Source: Nageia nagi (taxonomy: Eukaryota > Plantae > Pinophyta). From it: a stretch of DNA of 64,000 bases. Where the stretch lies: positions 127,348,001 to 127,412,000 of the forward strand of contig JBITNC010000001.1 of assembly GCA_050084985.1 (NCBI GenBank), in the 5' to 3' direction. Each line of letters starts with the position of its first letter. Position 1 is the stretch's first letter. The notes beneath the pieces were generated by a model. That model made no database searches and had not been told where the DNA came from. It saw only the letters and a program-made list of their open reading frames with translations. The position numbers were made by a program, and so were the translations under genes. Shown here one piece after another: positions 38,901 to 52,774 of this stretch.

Positions 38901-40155
38901 TTCCTCCTTCCCTTTAGGTAAAACTTCATATAGATTTGGATCATGTGCTCTATGTGTGAACACCTCATAATCCTCAACACATCAAACACTCAAACCACTC
39001 ATGAGTATTCCAAGATCCAAAGCATTCAATACTAAATTTTCTTATGTTATATTGTAATAAAATGATAAAAGCAAAGTGTAAGAATGATCCTTAACCTTCA
39101 ATGATGTCAATATGTAATCAATTTTGAAAAGGAGATATCAGTAAGGAAAGGGGACCTCAAATCACAAGTCCTTAAGACCTTGTGATTATCCAAAGTGGGA
39201 TGAAACCCCAACTTTACTAGGTTGTAGATCCCCTTAGTCCATAATCACATGGATGCTCATAAAACATTTTCATATATAAACTGCAAATATGTATGTTCGA
39301 TTCATGAATATAGATGTTAAATGCTTGAACAATGATAATTGACAAATGATACGATAGATATATACTAAATTGAAAAGTGACATTCAAGATTTGGCAAATG
39401 TAAATGATATATGCAAAGGTTGAACTAAATGATAATGTAAGACAATGTAGATCACAAATGTAAAGCTAAAATCAATAGATCTAGGCTAAGAATTGTAAAT
39501 GAAGCAATAAAGATTAACAACCCTAGGGTTTGGAACTTAAAGATCAAACCCTAAACTAAAACCCTAGAATATATTAGCCTAATTAATGCTTGAATGTCAT
39601 ACAAGATGTAATTGCTAATTAAAATAAAGTACACAGGCTTCAATTAATGATGAATGGATCTTCAAATTTGGAAATAACATGAAAAGACACCATTAATTAT
39701 CTCAAATCAAACCTTAAATGATAAGGAATACCTCAATCCATTTGTAATGAAGAAGCATTCTCAAATATTGAAGAGGAATGTTCTTGATTTAGTAAACCCT
39801 TCACAACAATCTCCAAATGCTCATGTACAATCATTGGAAAACACAGAGGTTGCAGAGTTCGTATAGGTTAAGGTATGAAAATTGAAGAAGAAACTTAGAA
39901 TGTGGGCCAATTAACTTTTATAATACACAATCAAAATCATCCTGATGGCTATGACATCTACAGGATGGTTCGAGTGATTGACAAGTCATCTGGATAGTGT
40001 TAGCAAAATAAAAGGCTTAGACCAAGTCGATCAATCTAATCGATGGACCTGCAAAACACACCTTAGTACAACATGATAATATAACATATGATAAATTCCA
40101 ACAATGTTTATGTAACCTTGTCAATGATGTAATATGCATTTTTAGGGTGTTTATA

Positions 40156-40900
40156 GTTACCCCCTTTTGTGTTGAGCTCCAAACCTATCAGAAGCTTAGT
40201 ACAAAAATATGTGATATGATAAATGCTAATGATAAATATAATAAAATAATTAATACGAGAGCTGGTTTTGATGCATGAAGAGCCATATAATATCATCCTA
40301 ACCACTCAACCCTAATCTAGTTTCGACACATAACAGGTCGTATAAGATAGAATCGAGCACCATGAGGATCCAACAAAATTTGATTTTGGCAAATGATAGG
40401 CCGTATAAGATAGAATTGGATTTCATGATAATAGTCCTATGATAAAATCTATTCAATAGATCAAGTGATTAGTAAATAATAAAGATAAAATTTAATCTAA
40501 TCTAATATAAGTGCTAAAAGGAAAATGATCTCTACTTTGCCCTAGCAGTTAAAGGGAATGATCTCTGCTTTGCCCCAATAGTTGAAGGGTGTCTATGATA
40601 CATGATTTTACTTTTTCCTAACTGTAAAAGGGAAATGATCGTAGGCATGCAAACCTACCAAGTGTGAAATTATAGCACACAGGCATATGATGCTTGCATA
40701 AAAATGATTAAGCCATACATGATGACATTTGAGTATGTTGATCACTAATCAATCATGTAGTGCTAACTAATAACATCGAACATGGTGATGTTAGAATGTG
40801 TTTATTGCCAATCCACCATGATGAACTACAATGATCTCATTGAACATGATGATGTTAGAATATGATGATTGTTAATCCATCATGTCAACCTAACAATCAT
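40156..40900 (-). repeat. PPT-like site with short tandem repeats (retroelement 3' UTR-like)
   Basis: gggtgtttata|gttaccccct at ~40145-40165. Repeats: cgtataagatagaa x2, agg(g)aa(a)atgatc x3 (40518-40640), gaacatg.tgatgttagaat x2. Confidence 0.45.
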
Positions 40901-43049
40901 CTAATGAATATTCGTAATGCAAGAAAGGTTGATTGTGCATTCCCTAATGAAGTTTATGATGTATCTGCTAAAAAGCAAAAAGTTGATCAGTTTTAAATCA
41001 TGTGTGAAGCTCTTCCCCTCAAACGGGAAGGTGTGATGGATGACCAAATAATACGAATGATCATTTGACTTAACAGATCAAAAAATGATGATCATGATTG
41101 AAGGTTTACAATGTGTGATAAGGAAGGAGCTAATTATCCTAGCGATTATAAGTCATCTAGATGACTAGGGTTAACTGAGTCATCAAGGTATCTTGGATCG
41201 TTTGAACGATCTGATAAGGGAAAAAAAATAAAAAGTAAAATTGATGTTTCCACTATTCATTTTGTTGTATGCATTTTGACTTCACTCATTTTGACTTGGT
41301 GTTTTAACCTAGACTAGTACTGGGCACTAATTACATCTTGAGAAAATAATAACCTACATAAAGAACTGGCAATGAGGGAGTGAATAGATAACCAAAATGG
41401 TAGCTACAGGTCCAAGGGGAGGTCCACATAGAGGAGATGAATCGCCCCATAAAAGGTTAACATCCTCTCCAAAAACTTATTTTATTTTATTTTTAATTTG
41501 TGATGCTTATTTGTTTATGATTTAATAGATTGATTAAATTTAGGTTAATAAGGAATAAAGAACCCAACATGGAAACCATGAGATGGAACCTAAAACAACA
41601 CATCCATAGACACCAAAATCCCAACATAACATGAAACCCTAGGCATCGCAACCAAGGCATGCACAATGAGAATTTAATGCTAAAAACCTAGTGTAGAATG
41701 TGTACAATTCAATAGAAATAAATGAATGTGATGTATTGGCGTAAAATAACCTAGTTTAAAAATATTAAATTTTGAAAAGTACACTTTTTTTTTAAGTTTC
41801 AACTCTGTGAATCATCCTTCAACTGAACAATTTGATTTAGGGTCATCTAAGTGAAGGATGACTTTGATAATCATTCGAATGATTTGTAGAATTGTCCATG
41901 ATCAGGATGATTAGTTTGACCTAATCACCCCTTACAAGGATGATTTTGATTATCATAGAAAACATACCAAATCTAAAATACAAACTTAGATGAAAATTGG
42001 AAAATGGTAATCCTAAGGAACACTAAGGACTAACATAGGCATAGAGATAATTGATTTTGAAAATAAACTTAAAATACTGATAAATTAACACCTCAAAATT
42101 TATGCTAGATGAAACTTTAGCATAAGTTTTGATTGCTATGGATAGAGGTATGAGGGGCTCTGACACCAGCTGACTAAGCTTGGCTAGAGGCTATAGGACT
42201 TGTAGGAGCTATGAGGATTCTCCCTATTATAGGGGATACTTCCTACATGATAGCACTCAAAGAGCGATTCAACCCAAATAAATGAACCTTCCTACTCCTG
42301 ACAGGGGAGATGATAGTGACATTAGAGAACATCTATCATATCTTCATAGTGCCACTCGAAGGAGAGCTAATTACAATGGTGATAAATAGGGTGGTTATCC
42401 AACCCTATGTGGGTGATGAATATTAAACATGGGACCTCATCAATGGTGGGGTATTGATAGATCTACTCTATCACCAGGGGCACCTCAAGGGTAGATAGGT
42501 GATGGTGATGTTGCTGATATTATTGTTCATCCTTCCATATTCCTCGGGACCTAGGTTCCCATGGAATATGTTTAAGATTATGATGAGGATGGTTTATGAT
42601 AACATAATGTTTACCTGGGGGCTAGCGTTGCTAGTATAAACATACAATGAGCTAGTTGGAGCGATTAGAGGGTTACAAGGAGTGAGCATGACACTCCTGC
42701 TCCAGGTATGGGCTTAGGAGTACATTAAACTTATGTGACCAAATAGACTGCCTACAATAGTGCATAGACCAGAGTAGATAGGGGACATACTCCTAGTCAT
42801 AGGGGTCGAGCTTCCATACACGAGATGATGGGAGCATGAGTAGGAGCAACATTATCATTTTACTTCTTTATGGTATTGTAGTCTTCTCTTATGGTTGCTT
42901 TCCTTTCCCTTTGTCCTGAGATTTTCTTTTTTCTTATTGATATTTTTTATTATGATGAGATTTGGAGTTCTCATATTGTTATCTTTGTTTACCATCCTAT
43001 TTCAAATATTGATATTATAAACTCACATGTTGAAGATTATTAGGATTAA

Positions 43050-43817
43050 ACAACATAATAGTCTTTTGCAAATGACTATATAAATCCCCTATGTATTTTA
43101 TTAAGACTCCTAGATTGTTGAGAGATATCCCAAGAAAGGTAGTATTCTTCTTAAATTTTGTAGTGTATTCCTAAACAAATTATCCTCTTTGTTGTATAAA
43201 GAACTTCTATGTCATCAATTTCTTATTATAATTTCTCAAAGGATAGAATTGATCACTTAATGAATTCTTAAAATCATCCCAAGAAGAAATAGATAATTAG
43301 TTTTCATGTTGGAGGGACTCCATATGCAAAGCATGATCACCCATTTTTAATCTTGTAAAAGATTTTTTTGAATATCATTAACAACACATTGAATCTGAAA
43401 GTATATCTCCAATTGCTTTAACTAGTTATTTAACTTGTCGACAACTACTTCTCCTCCAAATGTAGGGATTTCAACTTTGGCCTTTGCCTTGAATTGTAAT
43501 GAAGTAGTGGGATAAGAAGAATCAACACCATATGGACTTATTTAATCAAAATCAAGTGTTTTAGGCTCCTCCTTGGAATTTTTTCCAAGCATCAAATCCA
43601 TGATTCTATCCATATTGTTCTCCATTGCAATAAATCTCCTCACAAAATCAATGTTAAGCATTATGGCTTCTGGTTATCTTTACTCTTTTCATTCCATAGG
43701 ATTTTATCTTCTATTTATTCTACTAATTTTCATATTAATAAGAAATAACTCAATCCTTTGAGATCTTCTACCTTGCATACACAAGCCTCTTGAACATAAA
43801 CTTATGCTTTGATACCA
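43050..43817 (-). mobile_element. Degenerate Ty3/gypsy gag with PBS; adjoining LTR probably interrupted by element F
   Basis: AKVEIPTF (~43460-43483), SWDDFK (~43270), PBS gctttgatacca 43806-43817. Confidence 0.55.
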
Positions 43818-44422
43818 TGTGATATGTAAATCTTTGTAAGTTATGTTATTATAGAGATCATTAAATATAGATTTATTTTCTTTTTCCATCTATGTCAACT
43901 TTAATTAAACGTATGTGAATCTCCAAAATTACTAAACAATAAGATGGTTTCTAAAAATAATAAAAATGCATTCACATATACTACATGAACACACAATTTT
44001 ACCCTGGATCACCCAATGTGAGCTACATTCAACAAAACTAGATATGATTTATATTTGGGGCCAATAGGATATTATAATAAAAAATAATAATACAATACAT
44101 GAATTCCTCTAACATCACATCCTCCTTCTACTATTTGTAAAAATCCTCTCAACCTCACTACTAGTCTCTCATGGCTTCCCAAAATCAAATTGATTCATGA
44201 AGGATCCAAAGAACTTCAACAATCCCATTAGATATGTATAGGAAGATAATATAGGGAAATTTGACACATCTTGGAAGAAAAATAATTATCGTAACTCCCA
44301 AATGACTTAGAAACACTTCTAATAGCTTCAACTTCTTTCGAAACTAATTTTTTCCCATCAAAATTGATGTTGGATGACATGGTTGAATAATTAAAAAGTT
44401 ATTCACTCTCAATCGAGTAATG

Positions 44423-47400
44423 TGAAGAAACTAACCCTTTCTAAATTAACTTCTAATCTTCCAAGATCTTAAGAAGGCACTTTTGACATCAACATAATAG
44501 CATAATAACTAAAGCCAATCATACAAATAACATAATATATAAAGTGGTTCTTCCTTCCTTGGGAGTACATCCACTAACTAAGATCTTCTTATTCTCAAGG
44601 ACCTCCCTTACAAAATATCTTCTCTCTCTCACACTCTAAACCTATAGTAAAGCTTGCATTACAATTGTGTAACTAGAGAAGGGGAGGGTTCTTCTCTTTT
44701 TATAAGAAGAAATCCACTCCATAATTAATCTCTATTCTATTTTTAATCCTTTACCTATTTTTAAACTTATACCTATTTTTAATCCTTCTTCTATTTTTAT
44801 TCCCTTAATATTTTAAGGTATCTAATGATACTTTAAGTATTAAGTGAATTTACATTAAGGAGAAATATTACACAATATTACATTACAAATTCTAACACTC
44901 CCTTTAATGTAATATTGGGATAGAGCATATAGGGAATGAGAAAGATAGAGTAAGAGAGAGTTCTCCTCCAAAGAGATACAAGCGGAGATGAGAACTTTTA
45001 CATCACTGAGAAATAAGTAAGATCTTAGTTTGAGACTCATTACAATACCATTTGACAAAATAGTTTACAATACAATCATTAATCATAATTAGTTTCATTA
45101 TAAGTGTAGTTGATCAACACTGAGTTGACATATGAGCCTCCATGAGCTTGCCCACATGAAGTAAGTAACCTACACTGTCAAGATGAAACTTGCAAGCTAC
45201 AAGTAGCTCATAAACAAGATCGGTTAGATGCATCATATAACATTCATATCAATCACAAGATAAATGAACTAAGTAATGTCATCCATAAACTGATCAATGA
45301 TGCACTATAAGTCATCACGAAGATACCAAACCAATATTTATAGAAACATGTGTTGATCAACAACAAAAAAGTATATGTGCATATATAAGTTACTCACATA
45401 TGGATAACTAAATAGTGCTAACAAACACATACTAATTCCTCTCATAGTGAACAAAATAAAATGTACCATGAGTTCCTCACACATAGTGAACTATTAATGA
45501 AGTTGTATATTTAGATCAACACTATACAATAAAAAATAGCCTCCAAGGGATGAAGTTATCATCACAAATATGAATTCAACTTTCACTCCCCCTTGAGGAT
45601 AACTTCACTACCATAAGAAACTTTTAAAGTGTGCACAACAAAGTTTCTAAGGTAGCTAATGAATAAATTAGAAGAGATAAAATTAGATCAACAGAGCTGT
45701 AGTTGTTGCATTAAGAACTTTCTCCCTGATATAATGTGCTTGGATTTATAGTACATTATAAGTCATCACTAAGATGCTAAGCCCATACTTATAGTTACCA
45801 AACAAAGGAATGTATAAACAAAGTATACAAACCAAATAAAAGTTCAACAACTTTATTAAGAAGGAAGAAATTATAATGGATTCAACAAGAATTCAATATT
45901 TACTCTTTTTTTGAAGGTAACTTCACCAACCCAATAGACTCCCTAAGCTTATAGAACTAAGCTTCAGAAAGGGGCTTAGTGAACAAATCAACAAAGTTCA
46001 AGATTAATGGACAATACTACAAGTGTAGAAGACCATCCAAAACCTTCTCTTTGATGAAGTGGGCTTGGATTTCTACATGCTTTATTCTCTAATGGAAAAT
46101 AGTATTCTTTGCCAAAGTAATAACTAATTTATTATCTAAAGAAATTTGAGATGGATGAACTTGTTCATACCCTATTTCTTTCAAAAGATGCCTCAACCAA
46201 ATGGCTTCCTAGGCTACAACTGACATTGCATGATATTCAACCTCAATGGTGAAGAGAGCAATAGTAGGCTACTTCTTGGAATCCCAAGAGATAGCACATA
46301 AATCAATGCTAAACATATAAGCAGAGGTTGATTTTCTATAATCTCTATATCCCCCATAGTCAAAATCTGAGAATCCTAAGAGAACGAACAAGAGCAACTT
46401 ATCATACTTGAGAGCAAGATCCTTAGTACCCATTACATACCTCAAAATTTGCTTAATAGAATTGAAGTGTTCAACATATGACATTTGCATAAAGTGAGCC
46501 ATCAAATTCATGGTAGAGGCAATATCTGGCCTAAAGATAGTCAAATAAAGAAGACTACCAATTAGTTGTCTATAAGCCATAGCATCTATCAACTAAGAGT
46601 TGGAATTAAGAAACAAAGTGATTCCAGGAGAGACTAGGATTGCAACATACTTGCACTCCTCCATTCCAAACTTTTGTAAGATATCTAAGATATACTTTGA
46701 TTGATTGAGGTAAGTACAATCCTTGTATTGGTACACTTGCATACCAAGGTAATAGTGCAATAGACCAAGATTAGTCATTTCAAAAGTTGCCTTAAGTTTG
46801 GATATGCAATCTTGTATGAGGCCTATATTATTCTCTATAATCAACAGATCATCCACATAGAGAAGAATCAAGATAAAGTCTTATCCTTGGTTGAGCATAT
46901 AAAGACTTGAATCAGAGAAGCATTTAGAAAACCCAATGTCTTCAAAGTATCCTAAAATCTTTTTATACCAGGACCTTGGTGCTTGCTTAAGTCCATACAA
47001 AGACTTCTTTATGTTGGAATGTATAATGCATTATTGTAAAGGTTATGTAATAATCTTCTATGTAAGTTCACTAATGCTTAAGGGTATCATTTGATATCTT
47101 AAGTATTTAAGTGAATATGATAATGTAACTTGTCCTACACTCCATGTCATAAACATAAAGAGGGGTTTTGACTTATAAATAGAAGGCTCCCTATTTGTGA
47201 TTACATACTAATTTGTGGAGTAAAGCTATGCTATAGGATAGTGTTTAGGATATGAGTTAGGAGAATTGTAAGAGATTCATGTTTGTGAATGAAGTGAGAT
47301 CTAGTTAGTGGATGTACTCCTAGTTGGAGGAACAACTTACATCTTGCGTTATTTTTATGAGATTACTTTATGAGTTTGTTAGATGTGTATTGTGAGCTTT

Positions 47401-50400
47401 CATATGATCTTGGAAGTTTATATTTGTTCATGTTATAGTTTAGTTCTCTCACTTTAACTTGCATACAAAAGATTCTTTGCCTTCAGCAACAATCCCTTCT
47501 AGTTGATTCATGTAGATTTCCACATCTAAGTCACCATTGAGAAAAGCACTCTTAACATCAAGTTAAAAAAACTTTCCATCCCTAAGCTACTAAAAGAGCA
47601 AGGATTACTCTGACAATAGGCATCTTTGCTATTAGAGCAAAGGTTTTTTCGTAATCAACTTTATATTTTTGAGCAAAATCTTTAGCTACTAACTTTACAT
47701 TGTATTTCTCAATCTCTCCAAGTGAGTTATATTTGACCTTATAAATCCATTTATTTTCAATCAAATTATGTTCATTATGATAAAGAACCAAGTCCCATAT
47801 TTGATTCTTCATTAGAGCCTCATACTCCACATTCATTACATTCATCTAACACTCATGCTTTGAAGCTTTTTTATATGATGAGGGCTCATTATTGCAATTA
47901 TTTTTGGTAAATAAAGATTTATTAATGGTCAAACTCCTTCATATCCTTTGTGTTGGAGATTTTATTCCTTAGGTGACAAATTCACACTGACATCTAACTA
48001 GTTAGGAGCAATAAAGAAATCATCACCCTCATCAAGGTTCTCATAAGAAGCTAAATCTTCAGGTAGTTCATTGAACTTTATATCCCTTGACATAAAGATT
48101 GCACAGAAATAAGGTTGGTATAGCTTGTATCCTCTATGTTGATTATCATAGCCCACAAAGATACACTTTTTTGATCTCTTATCAAACTTCTTTCTCTTCT
48201 CAAGAACAACAAAGGCATAAGCATTACAACCAAAGACCTTAAAGTGAGAGATGTTAGGTTTTTTTCTTGTCCATGCCTCATACAAAGTTTTACCTTCAAT
48301 TTCTTTTGTAGGAAACCTATTCAAGATGTAAATTGTAATATTTATAATTCCACCCCATAAGAAGCTAGGAAGATCTTCCAACATACATCATACCATTTCT
48401 TGAATGGTTCTATTCTTCCTTTTGGAAACACCATTCTATTGAGGAGTGTAAGGGATAGTAAACTACCTCTTGATTCCATACTTGGTATAAAAATCATTGA
48501 ATGCATTGCAATTATACTCACCCCCATTATTAGATCTTAACATCTTGATTTTGAATTCAAACTAATTTTATACCAAGGCTTTGAAATCTTTGAACCTATA
48601 AAAGGTTTGATCCTTATGCTTTATAAAAAAACCAAATGTCATCCTACTAAATTTATCAATAAAGATCAAAACATAAGATGCTTCCTAAACGACTTAGTTG
48701 GAAATGGACCTATCAAATCTATATGCATAAGTTGAAGAGGATGAGTTGCTCTTGTTACCTTATCTTTTATAAACTTTTGCCAATTCATTTTACCTAAAAT
48801 ACACTTCTCATAAAGACCAATTGTAGGTGATATTGTAGGCAAACCTTCCACAAGTTCATGATCTTTCATGACTTGTATATTCTTATGGTTTAGGTGGCCT
48901 AATCGATGGTGCCAAAGATTGCTTCTTTGTTGGAGATTGATTCACAATGTAAAGGTCATCTTGCATTAAACCTTTCACCACAGTGGTAAGGCCCTTTTTC
49001 ATGCACCAAGAGTGTGAGTTAAACTCAAAAGAGTAACCTTTTTTTATAACCTAAATTATGAACAAGAGATTCATGATGAGCTTAGGCACATAAAGCATAT
49101 TTTCAAGAATCTTCCCTTGTATCAACACACTTGCAATACCTTGAACTTCAAGGACTAAACTATCACCTATCACAACTGCATCTTTTCTATACTTATGAAA
49201 GTTTTCAAACTTATCTTTTTCAAGACACATGTGATTAGTGCATCTAGAATAAATAATCCAATCATTTACCAAAATGCTAGACTTGGAGTAAAAGGTAGCA
49301 ACATAAGCAGAATTCTTATTCTTCTTCTTATTAGATTTGTTTGGTTTTCCAAATCCTTTTTCACTTTGATCTTTTTTTTTTCTGAAGCAATCAACTTCCT
49401 TATGACCATAGTGGTTACAGAAATTACAATTTCTATCAAATTTGGCTTTGGTTTCCTTAAACTTACTATTATCATGATTCTTCTTGTTCCCACCATTCTT
49501 GATGTTCTTCTTAGGAGCATAAGAACCCTTCTTTTGGTTATGGTTCTTCTTTTTGAAGTGAAGCTTCATTGGACCAAGTGCCATAGATGGCTTCTTAGGA
49601 GTGGTGCTAAACACTTTATTATTAAGTATTTTCTCATGCTTCAAGATAAGCATTGATAGATTTTTCAAAGAGAAAACTTCTTTTTCACCATCAAACCTAG
49701 TTTTAATAATAATCACAAACTAATTAAACTTAGTAGAGAGGCTTTGAAGGATGATAAAAGTCAGAAACTCATCGTTGATCTAATTGCAACCACACCCCAC
49801 AAGCTGAGTCCTAAAGTAAACAACCTTATTTAGATATATAGCCACACTTTCATTTTTCTCTTTATGTGATTGAAGCAACTTCTAAAGAATGGTGAACCTA
49901 TTAAAAAATTTAATACCAAGGTAGATACTCTTTAGTTTATCCCAAGCTTCTTTTGTAGTATTTGAAGAAGATATCATGAGAAGGATCTCATTTAAAACTA
50001 CGCGAAAGATCATAGATGTTGCCAAATCATTCTTAGTATTATAAGCTTCAAATTTCTTCTCTCCATATGGAGTAACTAGATTTTCATTGATAATCATCAA
50101 AGTTTTTATGCTTGAAGTTCTACCTTCATCCTTAGTTCCCAAAGACCATAGTTGAAAACATCTAAGATATGCTTCAGTGTAAGAGAGTCTCCCATTGCTT
50201 CAAACCCTTTTACCTCAACAAAGTAGATGGAGAAAGAAGACGAATGCCCTTCAAAGATGTTGAAGAGAAGCCTCCAACAATGCTTTGATACCATTTGAAG
50301 AAATTAATCTTTTCTAAATTAACTTCTAATCTCCAAGATCTTAAGAAGACACTTTCAACATCAACACAATATCATAATAACTAAAGTCAATCATACAAAT

Positions 50401-50765
50401 AATATAAGATATAAAGTGGTTCCTCCCTCCTTGGGATTACGTCCACTAACTAAGATCTTATTCTCAAGGATCTCTTTTACAAAATCTCTTCTCTTTGTCA
50501 CACTCTAAACCTATTGCAAAGATTGCATTACAATTGTGTAACTAGAGAAGGGAAGGGTTCTTCTCCCTTATAAAAAGAAACCCACTCTATAATTAATCCC
50601 TTTTCTATTTTTAATCCTTTACCTATTTTTAAACTTATACCTATTTTTAATCCTTCTCCTATTTTTATTCTTTTAATACTTTAAGATATCTAATGATACT
50701 TTAAGTATTAAGTGAATTTACATTAAGGAGAAATATTACATAATATTACATTACAAATTCTAACA
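44423..50765 (-). mobile_element. Full-length decayed copia F (intron-less leader)
   Basis: LTRs 44423-44897 and 50296-50765; perfect TSD TAATG; PBS 50282-50293; PPT from 44898. gag with CNFCNHYGHKEVDC, then PR, INT, RT (YVDD) and RNase H in copia order. Confidence 0.95.
47012..47451 (+). mobile_element. Solo LTR inserted antisense in the RT of F
   Basis: TG...CA ends; TSD CTTTA at 47007-47011 and 47452-47456; related to the E LTR; splits the RT motif CKLKKSLYGLKQAPR. Confidence 0.9.
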
Positions 50766-51579
50766 TAATGAACCATCATAAGATGAGTTCATAGCTCTGT
50801 TCATGTCAAATCACCTCTAAAATCTTTTTAAATGCATCTAACATTGAAAAATTTGATCCCTAATGATCTCATCAGCAAAACATGCATGTAACTGAGCATT
50901 GGCATTACTAAAGCATTTATGCTACTTTGCATTGCTCAAAATATAACCAAGTTGAAAATAACATGTCATAAATTGAGCATGAAGATCCTTGGCAAAATAA
51001 TATTCACTCTGAGAATCTGGTCTCCAGATAAAAAATTAGCTTGGAGAAGGAAAGCAATTATCCAACCCATATTCTTTAAAGCGTCAAAAACCAATCCAAA
51101 AGTGATAAGTTGGCCTGATACACCATACGTTTTGAAATGATGCTATTGCACTATATGATATCCTACTACCAAACGTCCATTTAGAATCAAAGTGGATACA
51201 AAATTCTTGATACCATTAGTGTTAGTAGGCATTCACATGGTGTCATGCATTAGTTTTAGCCATTTTATGGATATTTTAATGCTAGGGTTTATAAATATAC
51301 ATACAAGGTTTATACATATATGCATAGGGTTTATATGTACATACATATATGTTGTACATATATATGCACACTATATATATACATACACACACATAAGGTT
51401 TAAAGTTGACTATAATCTAAAATCCTATGTGTATATCTCATATATTTAATAACTCGTGTGTATACGATAATCAAGAATAACAAATCATGTGCACATATTA
51501 TTAAGAAATATTTATCAATTGTTCAAACCCAACTTAATCAAACGAATTCCTCTTCTTTTAATGACAATAAGACAAAAAT

Positions 51580-51685
51580 TGGAGGAAGATTTACAACAAC
51601 GTTTATACATACATCAAAGACTCTTTAAAAGTGGATTTCTATCAAATGTTGTGGTTGTGAATGCTCTCTTAGACATGTATGTCAA
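51580..51685 (+). pseudogene. Isolated PLS-class PPR motif fragment
   Basis: IHQRLFKSGFLSNVVVVNALLDMYVKS resembles the PLS-PPR consensus IH..I.K.GF.SDV.V.NALIDMYAKCG. Confidence 0.65.
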
Positions 51686-52289
51686 GAGCCTCGCAAGTTA
51701 AGATCTTGATGATGGCCTCCACCTACCTCTTGTCATAACTCTCTTGAGAAGCACTGGTTGCAAACTTTGATAGTTCAACAACCCACACATATTCCAGGTG
51801 CTAGTTCCTCCCACCCTTTGGGTGGATGGGACATTCACCCCACTGTCTCAGAGTTGGTAGTAGGATGGGATAATATAACTAGCATCAACTTTACTCCTTG
51901 CATTGATGATTCACGTGACATCTCAAGTATGGATGATGTTTTGGCGGATGCTAAAGATGAGTAGCACATTCTGATCTTGAAAATGTAGGTTGGTAGTATA
52001 TGAAGGATGACTCTAACCTCTCACATAATCCTCCCACCAATAATATTTAATGAGGTGTTAATCATTATGTACTCTTTTTTATAGTAATCATGATAATTAC
52101 AACTCCATTTTTACTTGAACTTATTATGTTTTGATATATTATAACCCTAAAGCTAGTTTGAACTCTAATAAAAATATACCTATTCATCCATTTTTTTTTG
52201 ATGTAAAACATTTATATTGTTTTAATATAATATAACTTTTCATTCGAAAAAATCTAAATCTATTTGTTTTTTTTTTTCAAAATAATAAA

Positions 52290-52625
52290 ACCACACCATC
52301 CACAGCAAACCGTTACATTTTCATGGTTTTTGGAGCGCGCAGTTGCTTCGTCAGTTCATGAATGTAATGTGGCTTAAATACCTTGATCAGAATTGTCTCA
52401 CAGCAAAGGGAATTCGTAGCAGCAGGAGGTCGCGCGTTCGACTCCGTTGGAAAGATAGCAAATAATAAAGAAATGCAGATAATAGGTGGCGCAATCGAAT
52501 TCACCAAGTCTGTCCAGATAAGAAAATTCATCATGCAGGCCATCAACCTCGGTACGTGCTTAGAAATACGGTGGAATTGGGGTTTCCTGAACCTTAAACT
52601 GGATCCAACCTATGCAGGCTGCAAA
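52290..52625 (+). other. CpG-retaining patch, possible first exon of an unidentified transcript
   Basis: Dense CpG in an otherwise CpG-depleted window; donor-like ctcg|GTACGT at ~52552; no recognisable protein. Confidence 0.3.
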
Positions 52626-52774
52626 TAACACTCTGGAATCAGAGTTATTTTGATTCTTTTAGGTGCTTTGATAGGGCTTATGTCTTCAAAATCTTTTTAA
52701 TGGAAGCATCTTATACCAGGGAAACTGCCCTTTTTTTATTTTTTTCGAACTTTTATTTATTTGTTTGAAGAGGA

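Noticed and set aside
52420-52452. tRNA T-arm-like aggtcgcgcgttcgactcc
   Set aside because: The T-stem does not pair and no cloverleaf can be built.
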